A model generated the notes under the pieces. That model made no database searches and had not been told where the DNA came from. It saw only the letters and a list, made by a program, of their open reading frames with translations. A stretch of DNA of 64,000 bases from a virus. The stretch is taken from positions 1-64,000 of the IMG/VR virus record IMGVR_UViG_3300021962_000066. The stretch is one strand, 5' to 3'. Numbering within the stretch: position 1 is the first letter of the stretch; every line of letters begins with the position of its first letter. The position numbers were made by a program, and so were the translations under genes. Shown one piece after another: positions 16,224-26,395 of the stretch.

Positions 16224-16679
16224 ATGAGATACACTGATGAACAAATATTTGACACACTACGTCAGCCGACAGGAATATTAACTGAATCTCACGTAGATAA
16301 ACTATATTCTGTAGATGTACCCGCAAGGCAAGTATACATTAAGTTAATAAATATACCGGAGGATGTATATGATGTAATTGTTGAAAATCAGTCGCGGGTA
16401 ATGATGTCGTATAAAATTGAATTTGAAGTAAGTAGCTGGGGCATACAACGGATGTTACTAACGCTGGAAGAGGTGGGCGAGTTTACCCTAGATTACTTAG
16501 TAATAGGTGCTGAGGGTGAGGAAGGCGTTATTGATTCTGAGACTATCGAGCCGGCAGCTAACCTTGCAACTACTATTAGCTTTACAGAGTTACCGGCTTC
16601 TGCTCTATCATTCAACTGGATCTTTACCGTAGACTACTCAACTAATACCGTTACTAGTATTAATGCAAAAAATAAATAG
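16224..16679 (+). CDS. Hypothetical protein
   Basis: 151-aa ORF in an operon-like run. Confidence 0.7.
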   Translation: MRYTDEQIFDTLRQPTGILTESHVDKLYSVDVPARQVYIKLINIPEDVYDVIVENQSRVMMSYKIEFEVSSWGIQRMLLTLEEVGEFTLDYLVIGAEGEEGVIDSETIEPAANLATTISFTELPASALSFNWIFTVDYSTNTVTSINAKNK

Positions 16680-16689
16680 GATCATACCG

Positions 16690-18144
16690 ATGAATTTAAA
16701 CGAATTATGCGATAAATTTGCACCTGATACCAGTAAAATTTTACTTGAATTTTCGCCCGGGAAGACAGAGAGTTTAATAGCTCATTTTCTTGCCAAGAAT
16801 CCTAGTGTTACACGCGACACGATTGCATATGTCGTTAATAAATATAGCGAACTACTTAATGCTAATGATAACACCGGTCAGTCAGTTATATCGAATACAG
16901 ATGGTTCGCGTGATATAGATAATCTTATCGCTAAAAATGGAGGAAATGGGTGGTCGGCGTTACTTGAATTAATATATGATAATGCCTTTCCTACCGATCT
17001 GCCGGAAAGTCTTACCAAAATACCTGGTGGAGTATCTCTTATTATAGATGAAGGAGGAATTAAAGTTTATAGGGCTGAAACTCATAACAAGTGTATGGCC
17101 ATACGGCAAGTCATTTTTGAAATACCCGCCTTTAAGGCAGTATACGATAATCTACTCCCACCTCAGAGAACCAGTCAAGGAAAGCATCCGTTCGGTTGGT
17201 GTGTTACTTTCCCTGAAACTCATTATTATTCTTACAGAAGGGAGGGGAGCGGTGACACCCGATCGTTCTATTTTATAATTGACTCAAATCGCCCTGTAAC
17301 CGATCCCTGGTGTATCAGTGTAGTACAACCGAGACAAATGTATCCTGATCACCCTTTTATCACGGATATGAAAAATAGTTCGACTCCACCGTCTAATGGA
17401 ATTACTACGTGGGATTTTATTTACGACCTTTATCCAATTCTACGTAACCACCCACAGCTCCCGTATGATGAGATGCATCCAGCTGAACGATCAAATGAGG
17501 CGCTTGTGGGTAAGAATTACATATATCTACCTTCTGAAAAAACAAAAAAGGATCCGTATGTATACCGGTGGTATATGGCAAACCCTAATCTACCATTACC
17601 TATTGATAGGTTTTTAAACCTCAGTAGAGACTATCGGGACTCTTATATTAAAAGCAGAGCGTATAATGTGTATACGGGTAACCCTAACAGCGATTCAAAT
17701 TACAATGGCGGTAAACTATTTACCACACCGAGCGGGAACAGGGTTCTAAGTTTAAGAGAGGTTATTAGTGAACTTCGAGCAAAAAATCAACAGGGATTAA
17801 TAAGAAATATTGTAGCTCTATATAGCCACAATATTAATCATTATACACTAGAAATCGATTCAGACGGTTTACCTATAGTAACAGCTATAGGGGAATTGGC
17901 TGTAGTTAATGAACCGATTATTATCGAGAGATTACCTACCTCGCGTAAGTATATTTACGGTAAATTAATAAAGAGCAGCGGCACAGATGGGTTTACGCCA
18001 CTTATATATCATATACTTCAATCTAATATTAAAGTCCCTATCGACCCTGATACCTTAACAGATCCTGCCGATAAAGCTATATATGACGAAATGTTTACAG
18101 TTTTACAAGTATTGGTGCTTTACTATCTAAATAAGTCTATATGA
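16690..18144 (+). CDS. Large hypothetical late protein with WC motif (alternative start 16663)
   Basis: FGWCVT...SFYFIID motif similar to the 13408-14415 protein; TAAATA upstream of 16690. Confidence 0.75.
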   Translation: MNLNELCDKFAPDTSKILLEFSPGKTESLIAHFLAKNPSVTRDTIAYVVNKYSELLNANDNTGQSVISNTDGSRDIDNLIAKNGGNGWSALLELIYDNAFPTDLPESLTKIPGGVSLIIDEGGIKVYRAETHNKCMAIRQVIFEIPAFKAVYDNLLPPQRTSQGKHPFGWCVTFPETHYYSYRREGSGDTRSFYFIIDSNRPVTDPWCISVVQPRQMYPDHPFITDMKNSSTPPSNGITTWDFIYDLYPILRNHPQLPYDEMHPAERSNEALVGKNYIYLPSEKTKKDPYVYRWYMANPNLPLPIDRFLNLSRDYRDSYIKSRAYNVYTGNPNSDSNYNGGKLFTTPSGNRVLSLREVISELRAKNQQGLIRNIVALYSHNINHYTLEIDSDGLPIVTAIGELAVVNEPIIIERLPTSRKYIYGKLIKSSGTDGFTPLIYHILQSNIKVPIDPDTLTDPADKAIYDEMFTVLQVLVLYYLNKSI

Positions 18145-19388
18145 TTACTACCGGATTAAATGTATTAGCTAATTTTTGTGAAAACGTTTACCCTGCAGAT
18201 TCGTTAGTCAATGAATCGTGGCATGGGCTAACGAAGGCTATCTTAAATACGGTATTAGACAGTCGCCTGACTACCCGTCAGGCAGACGCATTTGATGTTG
18301 TTAGTTTTCAAAATGCTCCTGAGGATACTGACTTAAAGACAAAATACCCTGATGGGCTTGTATATATTAATATACCTTATAATATGATCGATAAGGTGGG
18401 AATGCAAAAGTACGGTGCACATCACCCCGGTAAAATCATAGGTTATAATAATGCTAAGCAATATGCTCTAGTAATATTTTTTAATAGATTATATAGCACT
18501 GTAAATGTTAATATTTACAGTTATAAGTACCTATCACCTCTGACCGAGGAATTAATGGCAGCCGGGGCATCATATACAGTAAAAGGTTTGAAACAATTTC
18601 TAACGAGTAATTCTGGCTTACGGTTTACCGCAGGCAGAATTCGATTAGAAGGTAAACAACTCCTAGCTAAGAGTGTAGGTACTGCTGAATTCCCAGATTT
18701 GTATATAACGGTAACGTCTAGTATGACTAGCTTACGGCGGCCAATAGTAGATAAATTAAAAATAAACCTGCCAAATGGCTTTATGTTTGATAGAAATGGA
18801 CGTATTCCAGTTAGAGAGTTAACATTTGATTCTCGTGCAATATCTACCAGTGATATTTTAATTAAAATACAATCGGCTCTAGACAGTTATCATGATATTA
18901 TTGCACAAAGTATGTCGGTTGCAGCAGGTTTGAGGCTAATAAGGAATGCATCTAGTTATTATCCTGGTGAATCTACCGTTATAAATAATTTAGGGTCTCT
19001 GGTAATTACGCGTAGTGCTGGAGATAAATTTACAGGTATACAAGACTTTCTAGGGGATACATATCGGGCCGGAGCAGCTATAGGTATGCAATCATTTAGA
19101 GAGTTGATACCTACTAAGCTTATCAAACCGAAAGGAAAAATGACTACTATAACTGTTGAAGTATATAAAGATGTAAAAACTACTAAAGCCTTTCTTTTAG
19201 TGACGGTTCCCGAAGAAAATCCTATGGTGTTAACTCCATCAAGTACTGCGTATACATACTTGGCTAATATGATTAAGGACGAGGGTAAAGAACCAGAATA
19301 TACGACAAAATTAAAGAAAGCTTATAGCAAACTTACCAGTAACGGTAAAGAGCTATTTATGAAATATCTAGCACACCCTAACGCATAA
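18141..19388 (+). CDS. Hypothetical protein
   Basis: 415-aa ORF, ATGA overlap with the previous gene. Confidence 0.75.
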   Translation: MITTGLNVLANFCENVYPADSLVNESWHGLTKAILNTVLDSRLTTRQADAFDVVSFQNAPEDTDLKTKYPDGLVYINIPYNMIDKVGMQKYGAHHPGKIIGYNNAKQYALVIFFNRLYSTVNVNIYSYKYLSPLTEELMAAGASYTVKGLKQFLTSNSGLRFTAGRIRLEGKQLLAKSVGTAEFPDLYITVTSSMTSLRRPIVDKLKINLPNGFMFDRNGRIPVRELTFDSRAISTSDILIKIQSALDSYHDIIAQSMSVAAGLRLIRNASSYYPGESTVINNLGSLVITRSAGDKFTGIQDFLGDTYRAGAAIGMQSFRELIPTKLIKPKGKMTTITVEVYKDVKTTKAFLLVTVPEENPMVLTPSSTAYTYLANMIKDEGKEPEYTTKLKKAYSKLTSNGKELFMKYLAHPNA

Positions 19389-19396
19389 ATAATTAC

Positions 19397-19642
19397 ATGA
19401 AATTTAAAAAGCTATTTAGACGAGTATTGGAGCAGGCTACGCAACCTGCACCTGCACCTACAAAACCAAGTACGAGGCCTGGTCCTAGCACTATACCCGG
19501 TAGGCCGTCTAAAATACCGCGCCCGGTTCCTCCTTGGAGACCTAAGCCGGGTCATTACCCGAAACCGAACGCACTCGAAGAAAACGAAGAGGGTATGAAC
19601 CCACGAGTTGCAAAATTTTGGGCAAAAAGACAAAAAAAATAA
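19397..19642 (+). CDS. Proline-rich small late protein
   Basis: CATAAATA upstream; MKFKKLFRRVLE then PAPAPTKP...PKP. Confidence 0.7.
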   Translation: MKFKKLFRRVLEQATQPAPAPTKPSTRPGPSTIPGRPSKIPRPVPPWRPKPGHYPKPNALEENEEGMNPRVAKFWAKRQKK

Positions 19643-19645
19643 GTT

Positions 19646-20878
19646 ATGGCTAAGAAACTAACTAGAGAGGCTGTGGAAACGGGTAACGCTGGCCATCTTT
19701 TTGATCCCGAGAAAAAGCGCAATATAGAGCAAGGTGCGCCGGAGCTTGACCCCATTCTTCCTAATCTTGCCCCTGCTACGCAAAGCTACCTAGAAATGTT
19801 AACTACAAAGAGCTACGAAGATGTAATTGCAAAGCTTGAGAAGTATTCTGGTAGACCTGCAGCGCAGATGCGGTTACCGGATGTAATGTCAGGTGTAATA
19901 AACGCTTTGCAGCAAATTGCTACGTTTGAGCGAGGCAATGAGAAGAAATTAACTGCGTTGGCTCTAAAAGAGGTATTGTCTCTTCCTGAATTTGAGCTCG
20001 CTAAAAAGGAAGTTGAGGAAGGTGCTCTGAAGTTCGATCTTAGTCTAGGCGCTGATAAGCCGACTCTTAAAAATGCTCAAGAGGATCTTAGCGACGTTAT
20101 TACGCAATTAGAAATTAATGATCAACCGGATAATCCTGACGAACTGTCTGACACTGAAAAATTAGATCAACAGATGGCGACGGAAATAGACGAGCCGTTT
20201 CTTAGAAGAAAACTCGCACGGGTATTATTTCAAGGTAACGCGGTTAATAAGTTCTATCTGTTTAACATGCTAAAGACAGATCTAGATGAGATTAACCCTA
20301 ATTTAATAAATCTCTACGGAGTCTCTTGTGCATATATTCACGTGCTCTATTACGCAACTCCCGATAGTGTAATGCCAGATAATCCGGATGATGTACCTGA
20401 AGGCGGACTTCAGGGATCTTGCCAGGTAATTACTAATAGAGACGGCAGCAGAACGATTAAAGCTTCAGGTGCTAATCTACCCTATCTCATTCATGAGATT
20501 GTAAAGTGTATTTTTGATTATTTCTCTATGGATATTGCTCCTCAAGAAGTACTTGATAAGCAAACTCTAAGCGACGAAACGGTTGAGTTTTTATCAGGTC
20601 CTCAAGCTTATCTACTATTTAAACGGTTTATACCAGCGGACGATAATAATCAAAGATTGGTACCGTTTATATTTCGTAAGTTTTTACGTCTACCGATAGA
20701 TGAGATTAAGGAAGTAATGGCGGCTGGCGGAGGTGCAAGTAGAATTATGGCTCGTCTGATTAGAGACAGTAATGTCGAATATAACGATTATATACGCGGA
20801 CTCAGTACGAGTGACACAGAGGGCGGAGCCGAGCCTGAAGGTGATGACTCGGGAGATGAGTGGAAGCGGGGAGAATAA
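19646..20878 (+). CDS. Conserved large-phage hypothetical protein
   Basis: 410-aa acidic ORF; IKA.G...P.LIHEIVK motif recalled from large phages. Confidence 0.75.
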   Translation: MAKKLTREAVETGNAGHLFDPEKKRNIEQGAPELDPILPNLAPATQSYLEMLTTKSYEDVIAKLEKYSGRPAAQMRLPDVMSGVINALQQIATFERGNEKKLTALALKEVLSLPEFELAKKEVEEGALKFDLSLGADKPTLKNAQEDLSDVITQLEINDQPDNPDELSDTEKLDQQMATEIDEPFLRRKLARVLFQGNAVNKFYLFNMLKTDLDEINPNLINLYGVSCAYIHVLYYATPDSVMPDNPDDVPEGGLQGSCQVITNRDGSRTIKASGANLPYLIHEIVKCIFDYFSMDIAPQEVLDKQTLSDETVEFLSGPQAYLLFKRFIPADDNNQRLVPFIFRKFLRLPIDEIKEVMAAGGGASRIMARLIRDSNVEYNDYIRGLSTSDTEGGAEPEGDDSGDEWKRGE

Positions 20879-20939
20879 AAAGTAGGCTACAAAATACATC
20901 AGCCGTTGAAATCCTGCACCGGTATTGATAATTATTTAT

Positions 20940-21638
20940 ATGCCGACCGTACTACAGGATTTTAATACCAGTGCCCCTACTATTGCTGCTCTACGTAATA
21001 GTATTAGCAACTTCACTCTTATTACTTCGGGTATCCGTACGGAGATTAATGAGTTTTTATCTGATACGTACGGTGCAGGTAAAACATTAACCAGTTGGAC
21101 GAATGAAATATATAACTCTACTACAGGCGGCTGGATCGCTGATAGAGCGAGATTTTTAACCGCTACAGTCACCTCTTCTCCAATATATTATAGTGTAACA
21201 ACTGCAGTGACTGGTTATGTTTCGGTAGCGCCGCCAGTCTCATCCTTTGGAATTAGGCAGAAGCTTTACGGCAATTTAAGTCAATGGAGCATATCTCAGA
21301 GTATATCAGCCAACCCGGGTGCTAACCCGAACTTACTACCTGCAAGTGCTTTTGAGACTATTGATGTATATGCAAACGGTCCAATGATATTATCCGCGAC
21401 TCGAACTTCCCCCTCTACCCAGACTTATACCAAAGATCGATATGATTTCTATCTAAATGATCAGACCTTCCGGTTCGTCTGTAGCTATCTAAACGAAACA
21501 CCTCTTAACGTTACCCTAGGAGATCATTGCAGAGGTTTAATATACAGCTTAAGCGCTCTAGAAATGGCTAATACTTCTATGACTAACCAGATAGCTTTCG
21601 AAACAACAAAACAGACGCAGCTCTCACGGCTATTATAG
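20940..21638 (+). CDS. Ser/Thr-rich putative structural protein
   Basis: First ATG at 20940; composition like fibre/virion proteins. Confidence 0.65.
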   Translation: MPTVLQDFNTSAPTIAALRNSISNFTLITSGIRTEINEFLSDTYGAGKTLTSWTNEIYNSTTGGWIADRARFLTATVTSSPIYYSVTTAVTGYVSVAPPVSSFGIRQKLYGNLSQWSISQSISANPGANPNLLPASAFETIDVYANGPMILSATRTSPSTQTYTKDRYDFYLNDQTFRFVCSYLNETPLNVTLGDHCRGLIYSLSALEMANTSMTNQIAFETTKQTQLSRLL

Positions 21639-21639
21639 C

Positions 21640-21807
21640 ATGCCTAGTAATAACCAAAATAAATCAGTAATGACTATCACCGCAGATCTCATTATTGATT
21701 TGTACTTGGAAGCAAAGAAACTTCCGCCGAAGCAGAGAGAAATAGCTATAGAAAAGATTAAAATATTGAGTAAGAACTTAGGCAAGACCGCCTACGTTGA
21801 TATGTAA
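21640..21807 (+). CDS. 55-aa hypothetical protein (not in ORF track)
   Basis: MPSNNQNKSVMTITADLIIDLYLEAKKLPPKQREIAIEKIKILSKNLGKTAYVDM* fills the gap between genes. Confidence 0.6.
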   Translation: MPSNNQNKSVMTITADLIIDLYLEAKKLPPKQREIAIEKIKILSKNLGKTAYVDM

Positions 21808-21830
21808 TCTGATTAGTATTATTGTAATAA

Positions 21831-22286
21831 ATGCAGGCTCAATCGAAACATATTATCACTCACGAGACGTTTTTACAGTATGTAGATAAGATCTGTGAAT
21901 CCGTGAGAGGCTACAAGTTTGATACTATAATTGGATTAGGTAGAGGCGGCTATGTACCTAGTGTCTATATTTCTCATAGACTAGGTGTTAGTAAAGTAAT
22001 ATCTCTCGTAGCCAAGTCCTATACTGACGACAACACCAGAGGCAAGCTAAATTTTCTACAGGAACCAGTACTAACAGATAAGTGTAAGAGAGTACTGATA
22101 GTTGACGACATTGTCGATTCAGGAACTACCTTCAGTTTTGTACGAGATTGGCTCACCGCTAACTACCCTACAACAGAGGCGATCTTTGTATCTGTTGTTT
22201 ATAAAAAGCAGCTAATATTTCCTGATGTAATATGCGGTTACGTAGCGCCGTCTGACCAGTGGATCGTCTTTCCTTGGGAGATCTAA
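21831..22286 (+). CDS. Type I phosphoribosyltransferase (xanthine/hypoxanthine PRT-like)
   Basis: GLGRGG, VLIVDDIVDSGTT PRPP-binding motif, C-terminal WIVFPWE. Confidence 0.9.
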   Translation: MQAQSKHIITHETFLQYVDKICESVRGYKFDTIIGLGRGGYVPSVYISHRLGVSKVISLVAKSYTDDNTRGKLNFLQEPVLTDKCKRVLIVDDIVDSGTTFSFVRDWLTANYPTTEAIFVSVVYKKQLIFPDVICGYVAPSDQWIVFPWEI

Positions 22287-22364
22287 TACTTAGTTGACTG
22301 ATTTTGTTATCTACAATTGATAAAAATATATACTGGCATAAGTAATTACGAATTGTAATATAAT

Positions 22365-23639
22365 ATGGCAACAAGCACATCTACGTTCGCTCTTAATATT
22401 TCTGCCATTAGGGCATTATGCCTAGGAGTTTCGGGCATTACACCCCCCGGGCTAAAGCATGGGTATGCAGCGCCTACTGTCACTGACGGTATATCGGGCG
22501 ATTTCTTTTTTAATATAGCGTCTCTTTCATCATATCAGTTATATGGTCCGAAGACGACAACTTGGCCGACCTCGGCAATAACGCTAACAACTTTAAACTA
22601 TCTCACATCCTATACGAACACTCAACTTAATGGCCTCACAGGTGGTAATACTCTGGCAATAGCGTGCTTACAGGATGGTGGAAGTTCTGGCTACGGCTTA
22701 TTGAGCTCACTTAGGATATTGAATCAAGGTGGTGCTGCTGCTAATATAGGTTCACTAAGAATAAATACTAATTCAGGTCCGGGCATGCAGCTCCCGCATA
22801 TCATCTGCAGTGCATTTGGTGTTGAAAATTTTATAGTCGATAGTGATGGCTCATTATCAGCTAACAATATTACGACTGATGGTACGGTTACAGTAAACCC
22901 TAGGTACCAGACAACGGGAGGAGTAAATCGTTTATTCGGTGGCAATATATTCGGTACTAATGAGTGTTTTGTTTCTGCGGAAAAGGTTAGTATTTCTATC
23001 GGTGAGGCTACATCCGCGTACGATGCAAACTGTCTTGTAGGTGGCGGTAATTCGATTGCAACCGGTCAGTATTCATGCGCATTAGGTTGGGCTAATCAAG
23101 CAATTGGCCAGGGAACCTTTATTACCGGTCTTGAATCTAGAGCAGTAGGTAATCTGTCCATAGTACTCGGCGCCTCGGCCGTTGGTTATCATAGTGGTAC
23201 TTTTGTCTGGAACGGTGGTCAAGGAGCTAATATTAGCTCGTCCGTATACCCTGTCGTATACGGACGAGCAGGTACATCAGGCCACACTCAGGCCGTATTC
23301 TACTCTGCCTCTGGTACGCATATCGGTCGTAGACTTAGTGTTAATAATTTTCAAACAGAGACATTTAATATTACCGATCCTGTGCGTGGAACCACTGAGA
23401 CTGTGATACTAACCGTTCCTATCACAGGTAGTAATGATGCCACGTTTACTGTTAATGGTACCATATCGTCGAATAACACTACAACAGCTACAGGTTACTT
23501 CGATGGTAATAACGCACAGTTACTAACAGGCAGACAGACTGCACCGTCACCGTTAGTCGGCGGATCAACACTAAGTGATACAATTGCAGCATTTAATTTA
23601 TTACTGAGTAGTTTAACAGCTCACGGTTTAGTTAGATAA
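22365..23639 (+). CDS. Tail fibre-like structural protein
   Basis: G.AAP....G..GDFF....LYGPK motif and YadA-like A.G..S.A.G repeats; Gly/Thr-rich. Confidence 0.7.
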   Translation: MATSTSTFALNISAIRALCLGVSGITPPGLKHGYAAPTVTDGISGDFFFNIASLSSYQLYGPKTTTWPTSAITLTTLNYLTSYTNTQLNGLTGGNTLAIACLQDGGSSGYGLLSSLRILNQGGAAANIGSLRINTNSGPGMQLPHIICSAFGVENFIVDSDGSLSANNITTDGTVTVNPRYQTTGGVNRLFGGNIFGTNECFVSAEKVSISIGEATSAYDANCLVGGGNSIATGQYSCALGWANQAIGQGTFITGLESRAVGNLSIVLGASAVGYHSGTFVWNGGQGANISSSVYPVVYGRAGTSGHTQAVFYSASGTHIGRRLSVNNFQTETFNITDPVRGTTETVILTVPITGSNDATFTVNGTISSNNTTTATGYFDGNNAQLLTGRQTAPSPLVGGSTLSDTIAAFNLLLSSLTAHGLVR

Positions 23640-24244
23640 TGACATCGATGGCGCGATTTACCGATCGCACCCCTACCATAATGGTTCTGCAAAAATACTC
23701 CCGATACGTCAGTTACTTTTAATGGTAGCAGTACTACATCTGCAAAGTTTTTCAAATGTACGAGATCATCATCACTCGCGCATTTTCCAATCTCGGGGTA
23801 TATCTTACAGGTATCTAACCACCACAGCTGAAAGAATCCTAACGCCGTTCTGCCCTCGAATCCATGTTCTACATAATCATTAACGCTAGTACCGTCTACT
23901 AACGTTCTACTACATCCATATAAAATATCTTTATGTAAGTTAACTAGTTTATCTCTGTAATTAACTGGTAATAAAATATCACTATCTAACTGTAGTATCC
24001 ACCCCGTGTCTTTCAGTCTTTGTATCCCCTCATTAACTGCTTTACCTTTTGCAAAGTTTGCGCCGTTATAATATATGTCTCTAGATAGAATATATTGTAG
24101 CTGATTTTTCTCACATAATTGTATTGTCTTTTTATCAGACTGATGAGTAACGATAATCCAATCGTCTAGTAGATCTCTATTAGGTAGTGTCTTCTCTAGG
24201 TAATCGCTATAGTCTATACATACGGTTACTGCTGATATTTTCAT
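23621..24244 (-). CDS. Glycosyltransferase (GT2/GT-A fold)
   Basis: FAKGKAVNEG, WILQLDSDI (DxD), LGFFQL; ATGA overlap fixes the start at 24244. Confidence 0.8.
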   Translation of the reverse strand: MKISAVTVCIDYSDYLEKTLPNRDLLDDWIIVTHQSDKKTIQLCEKNQLQYILSRDIYYNGANFAKGKAVNEGIQRLKDTGWILQLDSDILLPVNYRDKLVNLHKDILYGCSRTLVDGTSVNDYVEHGFEGRTALGFFQLWWLDTCKIYPEIGKCASDDDLVHLKNFADVVLLPLKVTDVSGVFLQNHYGRGAIGKSRHRCHYLTKP

Positions 24245-24789
24245 AGCCACTCTACAGGAATTCTCTTCTTCGAATAAAATTTTGATATACCATTGCCCTG
24301 TAGGATTCTCATATAGAGCTCATCTGCGTAATTATACGGGAAACAAAACCTATCAGGTACACTGCCTAGTTGTAGCTCAAATGTATTAATCATATTTACG
24401 GTATCCGATAGATACATACGAATCTTTTCAACCATTAATGTATTCTTCCGTAGTTGGAGATGATTATGACCATGACCACCAATAAAACATTGAGGAGAAT
24501 TATATAACGATCTAATCTGTTCCCAGTTCATATAATTACTGACATCGCCTACGCTAAAGAATCGATCATGCGCATCAGTGCACGAAACGCAGTCAGAGTT
24601 CTGTTGGGTATCTTCTAACGCGACAATGTTAGTTGATATAAAAAAGATCTTTGGTGTGTTTATTTTTAGTAATTCGTTTCGAAACTTATACTGAGTATAC
24701 AATCCATCATCAAAGGTAAGTATATAATTCTGCAGAGGAAGTTTTAAAAACTCTTCCTTCATTTCATGAATCATTAGTACTTGTTTCAC
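24241..24789 (-). CDS. Polysaccharide deacetylase (NodB/CE4-like)
   Basis: LTFDDG, IGGHGHNH, FCFPY motifs. Confidence 0.85.
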   Translation of the reverse strand: MKQVLMIHEMKEEFLKLPLQNYILTFDDGLYTQYKFRNELLKINTPKIFFISTNIVALEDTQQNSDCVSCTDAHDRFFSVGDVSNYMNWEQIRSLYNSPQCFIGGHGHNHLQLRKNTLMVEKIRMYLSDTVNMINTFELQLGSVPDRFCFPYNYADELYMRILQGNGISKFYSKKRIPVEWL

Positions 24790-25436
24790 GAAATTGTAAA
24801 TATAGGTTTAAAGCATTCTGCTTTATCGTATCCACACAGACTTCCGATATAACTGTCGCGGTGAGCAATCATGTCTATACTTATAGGGTCAGGTGACTCT
24901 CTTAATTCTGTATCGTAGTTTTTAATACATCGAAGTTTTATATTATGTACTGATGTAATATCATTAAAGGTCGTGAACTCCTCTAATGACTTACCCCATT
25001 CGGTACTACCGGGAATCGAAAAACAGAGTAATTCCTTTATAGAGCTATTATATCTCGGTCTAGTAGTAACTCTAACAGCTTCATATACGATTCTATGGTC
25101 TCTGTGTATATCGTACTGATAGTGCGAATAGATAACTTCAGGTTTATATGAACGTATCTCACTATCAATGTGTGACCGTATATCAGCAAACGGGACAGTA
25201 TCGAGTGAAACGTCGGAGTAATCTAATCTTATAAAATCATCTATGTTTAGTATATTACAGTTTTTTTTTGCGGCCACCTGTCTGCTTCCTGCAACATGTT
25301 CATGCCCTGGTCGATTACCTTTACAGAACGTTAGCAGTCGAATCTTATGACCTTGCTGTTTAAGCTTGGCTACAGTACCGCCCATACCAATTTCCATATC
25401 ATCCAGATGAGCTGTTATAATTAAAATATTTTTCAC
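24786..25436 (-). CDS. PIG-L/LmbE family N-acetyl-sugar deacetylase
   Basis: AHLDDMEIGMGG and DIHRDH motifs. Confidence 0.9.
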   Translation of the reverse strand: MKNILIITAHLDDMEIGMGGTVAKLKQQGHKIRLLTFCKGNRPGHEHVAGSRQVAAKKNCNILNIDDFIRLDYSDVSLDTVPFADIRSHIDSEIRSYKPEVIYSHYQYDIHRDHRIVYEAVRVTTRPRYNSSIKELLCFSIPGSTEWGKSLEEFTTFNDITSVHNIKLRCIKNYDTELRESPDPISIDMIAHRDSYIGSLCGYDKAECFKPIFTIS

Positions 25437-26392
25437 GTATAGAAAGATACACCGCTGTTTATAATTTCCTGCATAGAAATTGTTGGTGTGTAATATTTTC
25501 TAAGTTCCAGAATATTAGGTATTCTGTAACCTATATCAATAAAGTCGTTTTTAAATGAATTACTCAGATCAGAATATACAATTTCTGATTTACTATTTAC
25601 AGCCTTTAAAACGCTATTTGCTAATTGATTAATCGTTGTAATGTTATTGGGGTTGCCTATGTTGTATATATTCCCGTAACATGACTCCGTACAACTAAGA
25701 ATATACAATGCATTAATAGTGTCTCTAACATCGCAAAACGATCTAGACTGTTCACCGGTGCCGTATACCTCAATCGGCTTATTACGTAGTGAGGCTTCAA
25801 TAAAATTCGGTAAAACAGCGCCGCCCTTACTGCATTGACCGTACCCTGTCACATTAAATGGTCTTACTATTATAGACGGGGTATCGTAACTCCTTAAAAG
25901 AAATTCCGATGTCAGTTTACATGACGAGTAACACCATCTACTTGTTCTGGAGGTTCCAATTGTAAGATTGTCAGACTCCACACAATTAGTTGAACTACCA
26001 TATATCTCACTCGTACTGGTGTATATAATCCTCTTATTAGACTTGGCAGCTGCCTCGAATACATTTGCATTTATATTGAGTATGCTTTTAATTGCATGAT
26101 TTGGGTTATTGTCTACAGTTCTAACTCCTACTGTTGATGCAAAGTGATATATAGTATCTTGATCTTTAAAAAAAGAATTGAGGGTTGTAGCAGACGTTTT
26201 AGACAGGTCGACTTTAATAATCTTATACCGATTACGAGCGTGGGACGTCTCCATTAATGTCTGTGATATCAACTTACTACGATGCCCTATATTATCTAAT
26301 ATTGTAATATAGTCAGTACCCTCTGTCAGTAGCTTTTTGAGTAAGGAGGCGCCTATAAAACCTAATCCACCTGTTATTAGTACTTTTTTCAT
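25433..26392 (-). CDS. NAD-dependent nucleotide-sugar epimerase/dehydratase (extended SDR)
   Basis: TGGLGFIG, STSEIYG, YxxxK (YSSCK), RPFNVTG, RSFCDV. Confidence 0.9.
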   Translation of the reverse strand: MKKVLITGGLGFIGASLLKKLLTEGTDYITILDNIGHRSKLISQTLMETSHARNRYKIIKVDLSKTSATTLNSFFKDQDTIYHFASTVGVRTVDNNPNHAIKSILNINANVFEAAAKSNKRIIYTSTSEIYGSSTNCVESDNLTIGTSRTSRWCYSSCKLTSEFLLRSYDTPSIIVRPFNVTGYGQCSKGGAVLPNFIEASLRNKPIEVYGTGEQSRSFCDVRDTINALYILSCTESCYGNIYNIGNPNNITTINQLANSVLKAVNSKSEIVYSDLSNSFKNDFIDIGYRIPNILELRKYYTPTISMQEIINSGVSFYT

Positions 26393-26395
26393 ATG

